From: an uncultured Anaerolineales bacterium
GTDB lineage: Bacteria > Chloroflexota > Anaerolineae > B4-G1 > SLSP01
Assembly: GCA_964530185.1 (NCBI GenBank)
Contig: CAZHBB010000006.1
Coordinates: 1-61,520 of the forward strand
Direction: 5' to 3'
Length of the DNA stretch: 61,520 nt
Under the pieces are notes generated by a model, which saw only the letters and a program-made list of their open reading frames with translations, searched no databases and had not been told where the DNA came from. Shown piece by piece: positions 34,281-44,139 of the stretch (position 1 is the first letter of the stretch; the number at the start of each line of letters is the position of its first letter). The translations under genes and the position numbers were made by a program.

Positions 34281-36608
34281 CTAAAGGGGTGGATCTTCCT
34301 CGCCGCCAAGGATCACGCGGCGTTTACGTCCGGCGCTCTCCTGGGGCCCTACGATGCCCATGTTCTCCATCTGCTCCATCAGGCGTGCAGCGCGAGGGTA
34401 ACTGATCCTTAGCCGACGTTGGATGCCAGAGGTTGAGACGCTACCCTGCGAACGCGCGTAGGCGATCGCTTGTTCCAGCAGGTCGGCGTCCTTGTCCAAC
34501 CCCTCGATGCGCCACTGTTCGGGTCCTCGGGCCTCTGAGACGGCGTCCCAGGGCGGCTTGGCAGGGGTCGCGCCGATCTCCTGTTGCCAGTAGTGGATGA
34601 TGGCCTCCAGTTCATCCTCCGAGATGAAACAGCCCTGGATGCGCATAGGACTGGAGGCGTCGGGGCGCAGGAAGAGCATGTCGCCCCGCCCCAACAGGGT
34701 CTCGGCGCCTGGTGTATCGAGGATGACCCGCGAATCCACGATGCTGGCGGTAGCGAAGCTGACACGGGCGGGGAAGTTGGCCTTGATCAGGCCAGTCACC
34801 ACATCGGTGCTTGGGCGCTGGGTAGCCACCACAAGGTGGATGCCAGTGGCTCGGGCCATCTGTGCGATGCGGGTCAGAAGACGCTCTGTCTCCTCCGGTT
34901 CAAAGAGCATAAGATCGGCCAGCTCGTCGATCAGAACGACGATCCGCGGCAGGGGTTTGGCGTCATCTAATGGCTCCTTGCCAGACCGCTTACGCGTGAC
35001 TTTGGTGTTGTAGTCCTCCAGGTTGCGCGCGGTGAGTTCCGCGAAGCGCTTGTAGCGGACATCCATCTCATGCGCCACCCATCTGAGCACGCGCAGGCCA
35101 CGTTCGACGCTGGTTTCGGCCATACCCAGCAGGTGCGGCAGGCCGTTGAGGTGACTGAGCTCCACCATCTTGGGGTCAATGGCGATCAGTCGAAGCGTAT
35201 CAGGCGTATTGCGCATGACCAGGCTCGCGGCCAATGACTTGACAAACACCGACTTGCCGCTCCCGGTGGTGCCGGCGACGAGCAGATGGGGCATACGGGC
35301 GAGATCAGCCACCTGAGGTGTGCCAGCGACGTCGAGTCCAACGGCGAAGCAGAGGGGACGGGTACAGCGACGGTAGGCATCGCTCTCGAGCACAGCGCGT
35401 AATCGCACCAGGCTTGTCTCCGCGTTGGGGACTTCGATACCGACCACAGCCCTGCCGGGCACTGGCGCCTCGACCCGCAATGATGGCGCGGCCAGCGCCA
35501 ATGCCAGGTCATCCGCCAAGGAGGCGATCTGGCTCACCCGCACTTTACGCCTGCGCTGTCCCTCGGTGCCACGGCTGATGTAGCCGGGTGAGACGCCGAA
35601 CTGCGTGACGATGGGGCCGGGCCTGACTTCTGTGACCTTGGCCGGGACCCCAAACTGTGCCAGCGTCTCCTCGATGATGCGGCGTTTCCGAGTAATCTCC
35701 TCGGGGTTCATGCCTACCGTTTGGGATTCCTGGAGCAGATCCAGCGGCACCAGGGTGGCGCTGGAGGTCGCCCGTGGCCTACGGGGGCGGCTCTTCTTAC
35801 GTGTGGGTTGGGCTGGCGCGGCTTTGGATTCGGGCGTGGGTTGCGGTGCTTTGTGACGGGATAATGGGGAGACGGCCACGCCCTGGGGGAGTGTGGCAGC
35901 CTCATCAGAGACAGTGAGGGTAGCGGCGGCCCGCCTTTCCTTTTGCGCCTGGCGGGCTGCCCGCCAGGCGCTCCAAAGTTCTGCCAGGTGTATGCCTATC
36001 CTGCGGAAGTCCTGAAGCGTCAGGTCAAACGTGAGGGCCAGACCAAGGGCCACCATCAATCCCATGAAGCACTGGGTGATCAAAGGGCCCAGGATGGTGG
36101 CGAAGAAGAGACAAAGCGCCCAGCCGATCACCCCCCCGCCCCGTCCCGATTCGACGAGTTGCCAGCCACGTTGCCGGAGGAAGGCATGGGATAGCGTCAG
36201 GAGCCCGATCAGGGTCAGTTCGAAGCCCAGGATTGGACGCCAGCGCCAGACCATGGGTTGATGCACCAGATGTCGGAGCCATAGAAGTCCCGCCGCCATC
36301 AAGCCAACGGCGATGGCGTAGGCCCCCCAGCCGAAGAGGAAGACTATCAGCCGTACCCACAGGCCGATCAGCGCGCCTGAGTTGACCCTTGGGACCAGCG
36401 AGACCAACGTTACGCCACCCCATGCGATGAGTGCCAGCGCGAGGATCTGTTGTCCAGCAGGGCCAGCCAGCCAACTCAGTACGGCCTGGACCAGGCGCTG
36501 GGCCTGAGAGGGGCCCTTGGCGTTAGTGGTCGCCGGTTTCCTGGTACGTCTCCGACTCGCGCTCCGCTTTCGGGGGCGCGCCATGGCCTGATACTTGCGT
36601 CGTGGCAT
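34281..36608 (-). CDS. ftsK: DNA translocase FtsK/SpoIIIE
   Basis: N-terminal TM domain, a Pro/Ala-rich linker, the motor domain 'LLVAGTTGSGKSV' and 'IVVLIDELADLM', and a C-terminal gamma winged-helix 'VSTSGIQRRLRISYPRAARLMEQME'. Confidence 0.92.
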   Translation of the reverse strand: MPRRKYQAMARPRKRSASRRRTRKPATTNAKGPSQAQRLVQAVLSWLAGPAGQQILALALIAWGGVTLVSLVPRVNSGALIGLWVRLIVFLFGWGAYAIAVGLMAAGLLWLRHLVHQPMVWRWRPILGFELTLIGLLTLSHAFLRQRGWQLVESGRGGGVIGWALCLFFATILGPLITQCFMGLMVALGLALTFDLTLQDFRRIGIHLAELWSAWRAARQAQKERRAAATLTVSDEAATLPQGVAVSPLSRHKAPQPTPESKAAPAQPTRKKSRPRRPRATSSATLVPLDLLQESQTVGMNPEEITRKRRIIEETLAQFGVPAKVTEVRPGPIVTQFGVSPGYISRGTEGQRRRKVRVSQIASLADDLALALAAPSLRVEAPVPGRAVVGIEVPNAETSLVRLRAVLESDAYRRCTRPLCFAVGLDVAGTPQVADLARMPHLLVAGTTGSGKSVFVKSLAASLVMRNTPDTLRLIAIDPKMVELSHLNGLPHLLGMAETSVERGLRVLRWVAHEMDVRYKRFAELTARNLEDYNTKVTRKRSGKEPLDDAKPLPRIVVLIDELADLMLFEPEETERLLTRIAQMARATGIHLVVATQRPSTDVVTGLIKANFPARVSFATASIVDSRVILDTPGAETLLGRGDMLFLRPDASSPMRIQGCFISEDELEAIIHYWQQEIGATPAKPPWDAVSEARGPEQWRIEGLDKDADLLEQAIAYARSQGSVSTSGIQRRLRISYPRAARLMEQMENMGIVGPQESAGRKRRVILGGEEDPPL

Positions 36609-36618
36609 AGGACCTTTC

Positions 36619-37539
36619 TCAATCGACCAAGGTTAGGGCGATACGGTGCTCCTCCGGCGTGATATCCAGCACCTGGACGGTGATGGGCTCCCCGACGGTA
36701 TAGTAGGTGTTTAGATCCCACGGCGATTCAATGTCGTGTAGCGCGGATACATGGATCAGCCCTTCGATCCCCTCCAGAAGCTCCACGAAGATACCGAAGC
36801 GCTCCACGCCGGCAATGGTGCCCGTCACCACATCGCCGGGGCTCAGGCAGCTATCGACCGTGTCCCATGGATTGGGCTGCAGCCGTTTCAGGCTCAAGCC
36901 GACCCGATGGTGGTCGCGGTCGACGCTGATGATTTTGACCTGTACCTTTTGCCCAGGGACGATGAAATCCTCCGGGTGTCTCACGCGTCCCCATGAGATC
37001 TCGGAGATGTGAATCATGCCCTCAAGCGGGCCAATGTCCACGAAGGCACCAAAGGGTCTGACGCTGGTGACGACCCCAGTACACACGGTCCCGATGCACA
37101 GCCATTCGGGCCACTCAGGTTCGTTGAGTTCACATTCCGCCACCTTGCGCTCTGAGAGCAGGAGACGATTGCGTGCCGGCTCGACCTCAATGAGGCAGAG
37201 CCGGAGAGTCTGTCCGAGGTACGCCGTAAAGCGTTCCTCTCGTGCCTCGGGATCGGCTGGAAAGGGGTAGTCGATGAGGTGAGAGGCAGGGATGAAACAC
37301 TCAATCCCCTGCCAGGAGGCGATGAGGCCCCCGCGGTTATAGCCGGTGATTTGTAACTCCAGAACTGTGCGGTGACGTTGCAAGGCCTTGGCCTCCTCCC
37401 AGATCTCCGGCAGCGTCACGGGTGTTTCGATCCACTCCCAGAATTCCAAAGACTCTCCTCTAGCGACGGGACCTTCCGAGAGCACAGCCTGCCAGTAATG
37501 TTCACATGGGGCACAGTAAGCTGGGACAAAGTGATCCAT
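36619..37539 (-). CDS. S1 RNA-binding domain protein (three S1 repeats, rpsA paralog)
   Basis: Three OB/S1 repeats, for example 'GTVCTGVVTSVRPFGAFVDIGPLEGMIHISEIS' and 'GDVVTGTIAGVERFGIFVELLEGIEGLIHVSAL'. The N-terminal ~45 aa are unique. Confidence 0.8.
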   Translation of the reverse strand: MDHFVPAYCAPCEHYWQAVLSEGPVARGESLEFWEWIETPVTLPEIWEEAKALQRHRTVLELQITGYNRGGLIASWQGIECFIPASHLIDYPFPADPEAREERFTAYLGQTLRLCLIEVEPARNRLLLSERKVAECELNEPEWPEWLCIGTVCTGVVTSVRPFGAFVDIGPLEGMIHISEISWGRVRHPEDFIVPGQKVQVKIISVDRDHHRVGLSLKRLQPNPWDTVDSCLSPGDVVTGTIAGVERFGIFVELLEGIEGLIHVSALHDIESPWDLNTYYTVGEPITVQVLDITPEEHRIALTLVD

Positions 37540-37607
37540 CGATATTTGCTCCCCAAACTAGTATCGTAATCGGTCTACCTGAGGTTAGACGGTGAAAGGA
37601 GGGAAAC

Positions 37608-39473
37608 TCAAGATGTGTTCTGAGCTTCCTTCTCCATCTCTATCAGGATATTGGCCAGATTCTCAATGGCAACCCGCTGTTTACGGTATAGATCAGACTC
37701 ACTCACGGCGAGCCGCAGTGCGACCTGGCGCACCTTCTGCCCGCGCAGGAATTTCATCTCCAGGATATTGTATAGGAGCCATTCGGGAGCTGTCAACTTG
37801 CGCTCGCCATCCGGCCGGAGGCGTTCGATAGCGTCGGCCAAGACAGCCCGCAGCCCCTGTATGACGTTGCCGTCATAGGCCTGTGCGGCCTGGCGAACGA
37901 CGGTGAGCTGGAGCAGTGGATTCTCGGTGAGACGTGGCCCGCCCCAATAGTGCGCCAGGGCGTCATGCACCCATTGGGGAAGCTCTGGGGACTGGACCAA
38001 CGCAAAACCCACGGCGGAGGCTTCATCGTAGCGCATGAGGCTTCCCCGGACCTGGATATCCCGCAGCTCAGGCAGCAATGGCCCAAAGGCTTCGAACACC
38101 ACCTGTTGTAGCCGCCTGTCTGCGAGGGCAGCGGAGGCCTGTGCCAGGAACTGGTCCAGTTGTTCCCTTAGGGCGGGATCCAGTGGGAGTGCAACATCCG
38201 GCTCGCGAATGCCTATCAGGCCCAGCAGGTCATGCCCCGACTTGTCGCGCAGAGGAATGATCCAGTAAGCGTCCCACTGGATGAAAGGGGCCTCATGCTC
38301 CTGGTGGACGGCGGCCAGCGGCAGATCAGCGATTTGTTCGGCCGACATAGCTGCATCACACCAAATTTCCCAGCGCAGCTTGCCCGCCTCGAGGATGGCC
38401 AGGAAGCCCCCGTTACTGTGCAGAAGTTCACACACGGCGGCCAGCACATTCTCCAGGAATTGCCTCAGGTCGGCTGTGGTCAGCAGGCGCTGGCTGAGCT
38501 CTTGAACCCGAGCGACCTCCGCGGCTTCCTCACGGTAGAGCATGAGGTCGAGGACGGGCTTCATCATCTCGATGCCCAGTTGGGCCAGGATGATGGCGGC
38601 GGCCAGAGCCACCAGGGAGAGTGAATAGGGGCCCAGTCCCAATAGCGGTTCTACAATCAGCCCGATGCCAAAGGCGATCAGGGCGATGAGAGCGGTCGCT
38701 GGTCCCCGCAGGATAAAGCGCACCATGCGGTGTTTGACAACCCGATCGGGCATCAGGGCTCCAAAGAAGGCCACGCTGTAAGCAAGGAGGGCCAACATGG
38801 CGCCGACGGCCAGGTTGCCCAGCGTCAGCAGGATCTGCAGCATGCCGCTGGGGAGGCCGGCTGGCCACCCGCTGAGAAGGAGATAGGGGAAGACGCCCAT
38901 GGCGGGAGCCACGAAGCCGATGGAAAGATAGGCCATCCGGCGGCGTGCGGTGTGTGTGTAACAGAGCCGTCGGGCCCGTAGCGTCTCACGCAGTCCCCAT
39001 AAGGTGACCCCCGCAAAAAGCACGGCGAAGGGGTAGAAGAGGGGTCCAGGATGCATGTGATAGACGCCCGCCGAGACGGCAATGCTATGTACCACCAGAT
39101 CGCTTGTGAGGGCAAGCACGGCGATCAGCGCACTCAGTCCGAAGCTCAGCGGACGCAGCCAACTTGGGAAGTGGTCGCGCAGGATCGAGAGCCGAATCGC
39201 GCGCACGAATTCCAGGTAAAGGGGCGGTGTGAAGGCGATAGAGAGCCATTGGAGACGCAACAGCGTTTCGGCGTAGGCAGGCCCCGTGATATTTGTCAGC
39301 AGCAGGTCCATGAGGTAGACCAGTACCACGCAGCTCAAGAGGCCTACAAAGGTGCGTGCCACGTAACTGCCACGGTTGTAGACCAGCAAGTAGAGCAACA
39401 GGGCAAAAGCCGTCGCGCCCACTCCGGCTGTCAATACGTCGTTGGCTTGGCTCAGGAAGTGTATCCAGTCCAT
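37608..39473 (-). CDS. Membrane-bound one-component regulator: N-terminal 7TM sensor region, GAF-like domain, C-terminal sigma70-region-4-like HTH
   Basis: About seven TM helices occupy the first ~330 aa. A GAF-like segment follows ('LHSNGGFLAILEAGKLRWEIW...WIIPLRDKSGHDLLGLIGI'). The C-terminus reads 'WLLYNILEMKFLRGQKVRQVALRLAVSESDLYRKQRVAIENLANIL'. The start was set to the ATG at 39473, to avoid overlapping the upstream GNAT gene. Confidence 0.6.
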   Translation of the reverse strand: MDWIHFLSQANDVLTAGVGATAFALLLYLLVYNRGSYVARTFVGLLSCVVLVYLMDLLLTNITGPAYAETLLRLQWLSIAFTPPLYLEFVRAIRLSILRDHFPSWLRPLSFGLSALIAVLALTSDLVVHSIAVSAGVYHMHPGPLFYPFAVLFAGVTLWGLRETLRARRLCYTHTARRRMAYLSIGFVAPAMGVFPYLLLSGWPAGLPSGMLQILLTLGNLAVGAMLALLAYSVAFFGALMPDRVVKHRMVRFILRGPATALIALIAFGIGLIVEPLLGLGPYSLSLVALAAAIILAQLGIEMMKPVLDLMLYREEAAEVARVQELSQRLLTTADLRQFLENVLAAVCELLHSNGGFLAILEAGKLRWEIWCDAAMSAEQIADLPLAAVHQEHEAPFIQWDAYWIIPLRDKSGHDLLGLIGIREPDVALPLDPALREQLDQFLAQASAALADRRLQQVVFEAFGPLLPELRDIQVRGSLMRYDEASAVGFALVQSPELPQWVHDALAHYWGGPRLTENPLLQLTVVRQAAQAYDGNVIQGLRAVLADAIERLRPDGERKLTAPEWLLYNILEMKFLRGQKVRQVALRLAVSESDLYRKQRVAIENLANILIEMEKEAQNTS

Positions 39474-39490
39474 GCGCGTCTGTAGCGCTC

Positions 39491-40021
39491 CTAACGAAGT
39501 CTCTGGCGAAGTAACAAGGCCATCTCCTGGCCCGGCCAATAACCATCCTGGAATCCACAGAACGAGAATCCATGGCTGAGGGCAAAGGCAAGCCCGGGTT
39601 GTGCCTTCAGCGAGCAGACCAGGACAAGCTGGTGGATGCGATGGCGTAGACACCATACCTGCGCATGCTCCAGCAGTTCGCTGGCGACCCCTTTGCGTCG
39701 ATGCTCAGGTGTCACGACGAGCTCGGTGACCCGGGCCTGGTGGCGGTCCTGATCGATGTCCAGGCCCAGGTAGCCGATAACCTGACGTCGCTCGACGGCC
39801 ACCCAAAATTGGTCGCGTCTCTGCCAATCGCTCAGCAGATCCTCGGGGGGTGTGGTCGGCCGGATGCGCAGAGTGCGGGGCAGCCGGATCTCGCGGAATG
39901 TCACACGCCATTCCCCGCTTGAGATATGTTCCTCCATCTGCCAGGCGGTGTTCGTTTCGTAGGTGGCATCCACCTCCAGACAGGCTTCCCAATCTTCATC
40001 GCGTACGGTTCTGACAAGCAC
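39491..40021 (-). CDS. GNAT-family N-acetyltransferase
   Basis: 'VTELVVTPEHRRKGVASELLEHAQVW...ALSHGFSFCG' is a GNAT core. Confidence 0.8.
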   Translation of the reverse strand: MLVRTVRDEDWEACLEVDATYETNTAWQMEEHISSGEWRVTFREIRLPRTLRIRPTTPPEDLLSDWQRRDQFWVAVERRQVIGYLGLDIDQDRHQARVTELVVTPEHRRKGVASELLEHAQVWCLRHRIHQLVLVCSLKAQPGLAFALSHGFSFCGFQDGYWPGQEMALLLRQRLR

Positions 40022-40071
40022 GGGAACCTCCTTGCAAAGGTCAGCGTAAATGCGGGCTTTCTATCGGCCTA

Positions 40072-40827
40072 TTACTCCTCCGTCTGAGTGGCGATGATCA
40101 CCGGAATGGTGCAGACGGTAGTGTTGCCGTAGATGTCTACCACCACCAGTCGGAACCGATAGGGGCCACCATCTGGATAGCGGGTGGGGTCGGAGATGTC
40201 CCAGATGCCGAGCCGACCGTTCTCCACAGGCTTGTCGTACTGGGCGACGAAATTCGGCGCATCGGAGCCGGGGAACAGGACTTCGAAGCGATAGTAGGAG
40301 AAGGCGTTGACCTTCGCCGTGCCCAACACCTCGACAATGCCTGAAACTTCACTCCCTGCGGCGGGCAATGTGATCTGGGCCCCGGGGTCCGGACAGTCAG
40401 GCTGCATGAGATCGGAGGCAATGGCCGTTGGTAGGGCGGTCGGGGTAATCGTCAGGATTGGTACCGGAGTAGCGACTATGACCTCGGTGAGAGCGGTGGT
40501 GGCAGCCAAGGGAGAGGCTGCCGGCGAGGCAGGTGTGGGCGTGTAGAGGCCGCTGGCGGGCGTCGGAGTAGGTGCGAGCTCGGTGGGTGAGGGGGCAAGC
40601 CATGTGCTGATGGCGGCGACCAGCCCACCCAACAGCAGGAACAGCGCGCTCACACGCCATGCCCGCGTCATCCGCTGATGGTAGATGTCGCGCTCAAGGG
40701 AGAACTGGGCGTAGTCCCTGTTACGTTTGGCGGTCAGAGCAACGATGGTGTAGGCTAACGCGCCGAACAGGCAGATCAGCCCGACCCACGAGACCTGTTC
40801 CGTGAGCCATGCCAGCACGATCTTCAT
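40072..40827 (-). CDS. Membrane-anchored protein with Pro/Thr/Ala linker and C-terminal beta-sandwich-like domain
   Basis: Two TM helices, a linker 'APTPTPASGLYTPTPASPAASP', then 'ITLPAAGSEVSGIVEVLGTA...YRFRLVVVDIYGNTTVCTIPV'. It overlaps the punA stop by 4 nt. Confidence 0.55.
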   Translation of the reverse strand: MKIVLAWLTEQVSWVGLICLFGALAYTIVALTAKRNRDYAQFSLERDIYHQRMTRAWRVSALFLLLGGLVAAISTWLAPSPTELAPTPTPASGLYTPTPASPAASPLAATTALTEVIVATPVPILTITPTALPTAIASDLMQPDCPDPGAQITLPAAGSEVSGIVEVLGTAKVNAFSYYRFEVLFPGSDAPNFVAQYDKPVENGRLGIWDISDPTRYPDGGPYRFRLVVVDIYGNTTVCTIPVIIATQTEE

Positions 40828-41663
40828 ACGGCTTTCAGCACCCCCCGGATGATGGTCTCGAGACGGGGGACCAGGACTTTGCCTGCTTCCAGCACTTCCT
40901 CGTGGTTTGGCGGTGGGGCGCCTTCCTCCCCAATCAGGGTGTTGGTGATACCTGACAGTCCCAGCACCCGCAGGCCACTATGACGGGCGGTGATGACCTC
41001 CGGCACAGTGGACATTCCCACAGCGTCAGCGCCCATCACCCGTAGGAAACGCACGTCCGCCGGTGACTCGAAGTTGGGGCCTGCCAGACACACGTAGACA
41101 CCCTGTTGGAATGGGATGCCCGCCTCCAGCGCGACGGCGCGCGCTATCTCGCGCAGGTCGGGGTCATAGGCCCCGTTCATGCCGGGAAACCGGGGGCCGA
41201 AAGCATCCAGATTGGGGCCCCGCAGGGGGCTCAGCCCTGCCATGCCGATGAGGTTGATGTGATCACGGATAATCATGACCTCACCAGGCCGATAGGTCAT
41301 GTTGACCCCACCAGCGGCGTTGGTCACGATGAGGATCTCAACGCCTAACAGGGCCATCACGCGGATGGGAATGCTGATCTGGGCCATGGTGTATCCCTCG
41401 TAGTAATGGGCGCGCCCCTGCATCACAATCACCGGGTGCCCTTCGAGGTAACCGAGCACCAGCCGTCCCATGTGGCCCTCAACGGTCGAGACAGGGAAAT
41501 GGGGGACCTCCCCGAAGTGGATCATGGTTGACTGGTCGACGGATTCGGCCAGTGGGTTGAGGCCCGAACCCAGGATCATGCCGACGCGAGGCTTGAGGTC
41601 GGTCCGAGCCTGTACGGCTGCTGTAGCCTCCTGCAGTAGTTCCATCGTGACGAATTCACTCAT
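40824..41663 (-). CDS. punA: Purine nucleoside phosphorylase (trimeric PNP/MTAP family)
   Basis: 'GMILGSGL', 'FPVSTVEGHMGRLVLG', 'VMQGRAHYYEGY', 'TNAAGGVN' and 'GMSTVPEVITARH'. The start was set to the ATG at 41663 (GAAAGGA RBS). The longer ORF would overlap xerC. Confidence 0.88.
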   Translation of the reverse strand: MSEFVTMELLQEATAAVQARTDLKPRVGMILGSGLNPLAESVDQSTMIHFGEVPHFPVSTVEGHMGRLVLGYLEGHPVIVMQGRAHYYEGYTMAQISIPIRVMALLGVEILIVTNAAGGVNMTYRPGEVMIIRDHINLIGMAGLSPLRGPNLDAFGPRFPGMNGAYDPDLREIARAVALEAGIPFQQGVYVCLAGPNFESPADVRFLRVMGADAVGMSTVPEVITARHSGLRVLGLSGITNTLIGEEGAPPPNHEEVLEAGKVLVPRLETIIRGVLKAV

Positions 41664-42624
41664 CTTCGGTGTCCTTTCGCTGATCGCTCTCGATTGTCTG
41701 TGCTGGGATGCTGGGTCCAGGTTTGGAGATCCCACGGGCCCGCGGATGGGCCCGATCATAGACCTCGCGCCTCCGGCGACTGGAGATCTCTGTGTATATC
41801 TGGGTGGTGGTGATATTGGCATGGCCCAGCAGGTGCTGCACGTCGCTCAGCTCGGCACCCCCCTCCAGCAAGTGGGTGGCAAAAGTGTGACGCAAAGTGT
41901 GAGGAGTGACGGAGCCCTTCAGTCCAGCAGCCTCAGCGTAGTGTTGAACCAGGAACCAGAGCCCCTGCCGGGTAAGGGGTTTACCCAGGTTGTTCAGGAA
42001 GAGCGTATCCTCGTCTGGGTCGCGTTGTAGGAAGGGCCGGCCATCCTCTACATAGGTTCGGAGCGCCTTCAGGGCCTCTGGATAGAGAGGGACGATGCGT
42101 TCCTTGTTCCCTTTGCCCAGGCAACGCAGGGTCCCGGCCTCAAAGTCCACGTCCTGAAGCCGCAATCGTGCCAGCTCCGAGACACGTGCGCCAGTCGCAT
42201 AGAGCGTCTGCAGCAGCGCCTGGTCGCGCAGCCCCAACGGCGTGGACTCAGCCTCTGCCGCTGCTAGTAGGCGGTTAACCTCACGATGGGTCAGCGTGTG
42301 CGGCAGCCGCCTGCCCACGCGGGGCTGATGAAAAGTGTCCAGCAGGGTAGATCCCATGACCCCTTCTGCACTGAGGAAGCGCAAGAAAGCGCGGACCGCC
42401 GCCACTTTTCGTGCCACACTGGAGGGTCTGAGGCCACGCTGTTGCAATGCCGCAATGAAGGCCTCCAGGTCCTCATGGGAAAGCTGTACAATGTCGGTAT
42501 GCCCTGCGGTCTGAACAAACCTATGGAACTGCCGCAGGTCCCCGGCATAGGCTGCGATGGTGTGAGGGGAGTAACCCCGCTCAAACTTGAGGTGCTGCAG
42601 GAACTGCCGGATGTAGCCCTCCAT
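41656..42624 (-). CDS. xerC: Tyrosine site-specific recombinase XerC/XerD family
   Basis: N-terminal SAM-like 'YSPHTIAAYAGDLRQF'. Catalytic 'ATGARVSEL', 'HTLRHTFATHLL' and 'LGHANITTTQIYTE'. A ~35-aa charged C-terminal extension is present. Confidence 0.88.
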   Translation of the reverse strand: MEGYIRQFLQHLKFERGYSPHTIAAYAGDLRQFHRFVQTAGHTDIVQLSHEDLEAFIAALQQRGLRPSSVARKVAAVRAFLRFLSAEGVMGSTLLDTFHQPRVGRRLPHTLTHREVNRLLAAAEAESTPLGLRDQALLQTLYATGARVSELARLRLQDVDFEAGTLRCLGKGNKERIVPLYPEALKALRTYVEDGRPFLQRDPDEDTLFLNNLGKPLTRQGLWFLVQHYAEAAGLKGSVTPHTLRHTFATHLLEGGAELSDVQHLLGHANITTTQIYTEISSRRRREVYDRAHPRARGISKPGPSIPAQTIESDQRKDTEDE

Positions 42625-42630
42625 GGGTCT

Positions 42631-43857
42631 CTATGTCCTCCCCATAGTAGGTCGCATGGCGTGGTAGAGTCGTCGGCCCAAGCCCATGGGCGGGTTGAGG
42701 CGATGGGCTGGGACAGAGCTTTCAGCCTGGGCCCATAGATGTCGTACGATCTCCTCAGTCGCCGAAGGGCGAGCCAGTGCCTGGGCGCTGTGGGCCATCG
42801 CGGCCCGCAACGCGCCGTCGTGCAACAGTTCCAGCACGGCCTCCGCAGCCCGGCGGGGTGAGGACGCCCATATCCCGGCCCCATGGTCCACCACGTAACC
42901 GATGTTGCCCTCCTCCTGGCCGGGGAGGGCGGCATAGAGCACCATGGGGAGACCGGCGACACATGCCTCCGCCAGGGTATTGGGGCCCGCCTTGGTGACC
43001 AGAATGTCGGCAGCGCGCATCCACAGTGCCATCTGAGACACGAATCCCTCAATGCGCATCCCAGGCGAGGCCATTGCGCTGAGCTCGGCCTGCAGCTTCC
43101 GGTTCCGGCCCGCGATGACCACCAGGTGTGCCGGGAGATCCTGAGCCATGAGGGCCTGGGCCACGGCCTTCAGCCGCCCCATACCATCTCCCCCACCCAC
43201 GACCAGCACCAACGGTCGATCCTGAGGTAGGCCGAGTCGATGACGTGCCTCCTCTTGGGGCAGCATCGCGGCGTCGACAAAGGCCCGCCGCACCGGCATG
43301 CCGGTGACGCACACGCGCCCGGCGGGCACCCCCCAACGGCGAGCCCGCGCCCTCGCCTGCTCTGTGGGGACCAGATAGAGATTGGCCCCTGGGACGAACC
43401 ATCCTGCATGGGCGGTGATCAGATCCACGGCGACGATGACAAACGCGCCGCGCCAGCCCAGATGCCGAAGGGCCAGGTTCACTGCACAGTTGGGGACGGG
43501 ATGAAAGCTCACGATCACGTCAGCCGGATGGCGCGTCAGCAGTGCGCACAGTTGCTCCCGGGTGTAGGGCCACAGTAACCGTGACATGCCCTGCATGATC
43601 TCAACGCGATCCAGGAGATGAAAACCTATGCCCCAGGGGATGCCGTGCAGGCGCACCATTCTGGGATACCAGTCTGGGAAGCGGTGGAACGGCCAGCGGT
43701 TGGACTCGGTGAAGATGTCAAGCAGTTCAACATGGGCCGCCGGGCCATGTCGCCGGATGAGTTCCTCTCGCACGGCCTGGGCCGAGGTTCGATGGCCTCC
43801 TCCGGTGTCGGAGAAGAGGAAGAGAAACCGTCTGGGCAGAGGGCGGTGGTCCATCAC
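42631..43857 (-). CDS. MGDG-synthase-like GT28 glycosyltransferase (diacylglycerol glycosyltransferase type)
   Basis: 'FLFLFSDTGGGHRTSAQAVREEL' is the MGDG_synth N-domain. The C-terminal Glyco_tran_28_C-like part reads 'VLVVGGGDGMG...ADILVTKAGPNTLAEA'. Confidence 0.75.
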   Translation of the reverse strand: MMDHRPLPRRFLFLFSDTGGGHRTSAQAVREELIRRHGPAAHVELLDIFTESNRWPFHRFPDWYPRMVRLHGIPWGIGFHLLDRVEIMQGMSRLLWPYTREQLCALLTRHPADVIVSFHPVPNCAVNLALRHLGWRGAFVIVAVDLITAHAGWFVPGANLYLVPTEQARARARRWGVPAGRVCVTGMPVRRAFVDAAMLPQEEARHRLGLPQDRPLVLVVGGGDGMGRLKAVAQALMAQDLPAHLVVIAGRNRKLQAELSAMASPGMRIEGFVSQMALWMRAADILVTKAGPNTLAEACVAGLPMVLYAALPGQEEGNIGYVVDHGAGIWASSPRRAAEAVLELLHDGALRAAMAHSAQALARPSATEEIVRHLWAQAESSVPAHRLNPPMGLGRRLYHAMRPTMGRT

Positions 43858-44084
43858 GGCCTGAGCTCCGATTGTCCGTCAATGGGCAGCTCTGCACGTT
43901 CGAGGAAGCGCTTGATCCGGCCCTCTAGCTTGCGCCGTGGGATCAACACATAGCGGCCACACGTGAGACACTCGATCCCAATGTCAAGGCCCACGCGCAG
44001 GATGCGCCAGGTCCTCCCGCCACAGGGGTGGGGTTTCCTGAGCTCAATGACATCCCCGATATGCAGCTCGATGGGTTCTCGCAT
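43854..44084 (-). CDS. DUF951-family small protein
   Basis: 'GDVIELRKPHPCGGRTWRILRVGLDIGIECLTCGRYVLIPRRKLE' matches the DUF951 pattern as I remember it. Confidence 0.7.
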   Translation of the reverse strand: MREPIELHIGDVIELRKPHPCGGRTWRILRVGLDIGIECLTCGRYVLIPRRKLEGRIKRFLERAELPIDGQSELRP

Positions 44085-44139
44085 CCTGTTGTCCTCCCGC
44101 GCCGACGGGCTATGGTGCGCCTCCTGACCTCGTGTCCCC

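Noticed and set aside
39474-39656. N-terminal extension of the 7TM-GAF-HTH ORF, overlapping the upstream GNAT gene.
   Set aside because: It would overlap the GNAT 3' end by 166 nt in another frame. The extension is Pro/Cys/Gly-rich. The ATG at 39473 begins directly at the first TM region.
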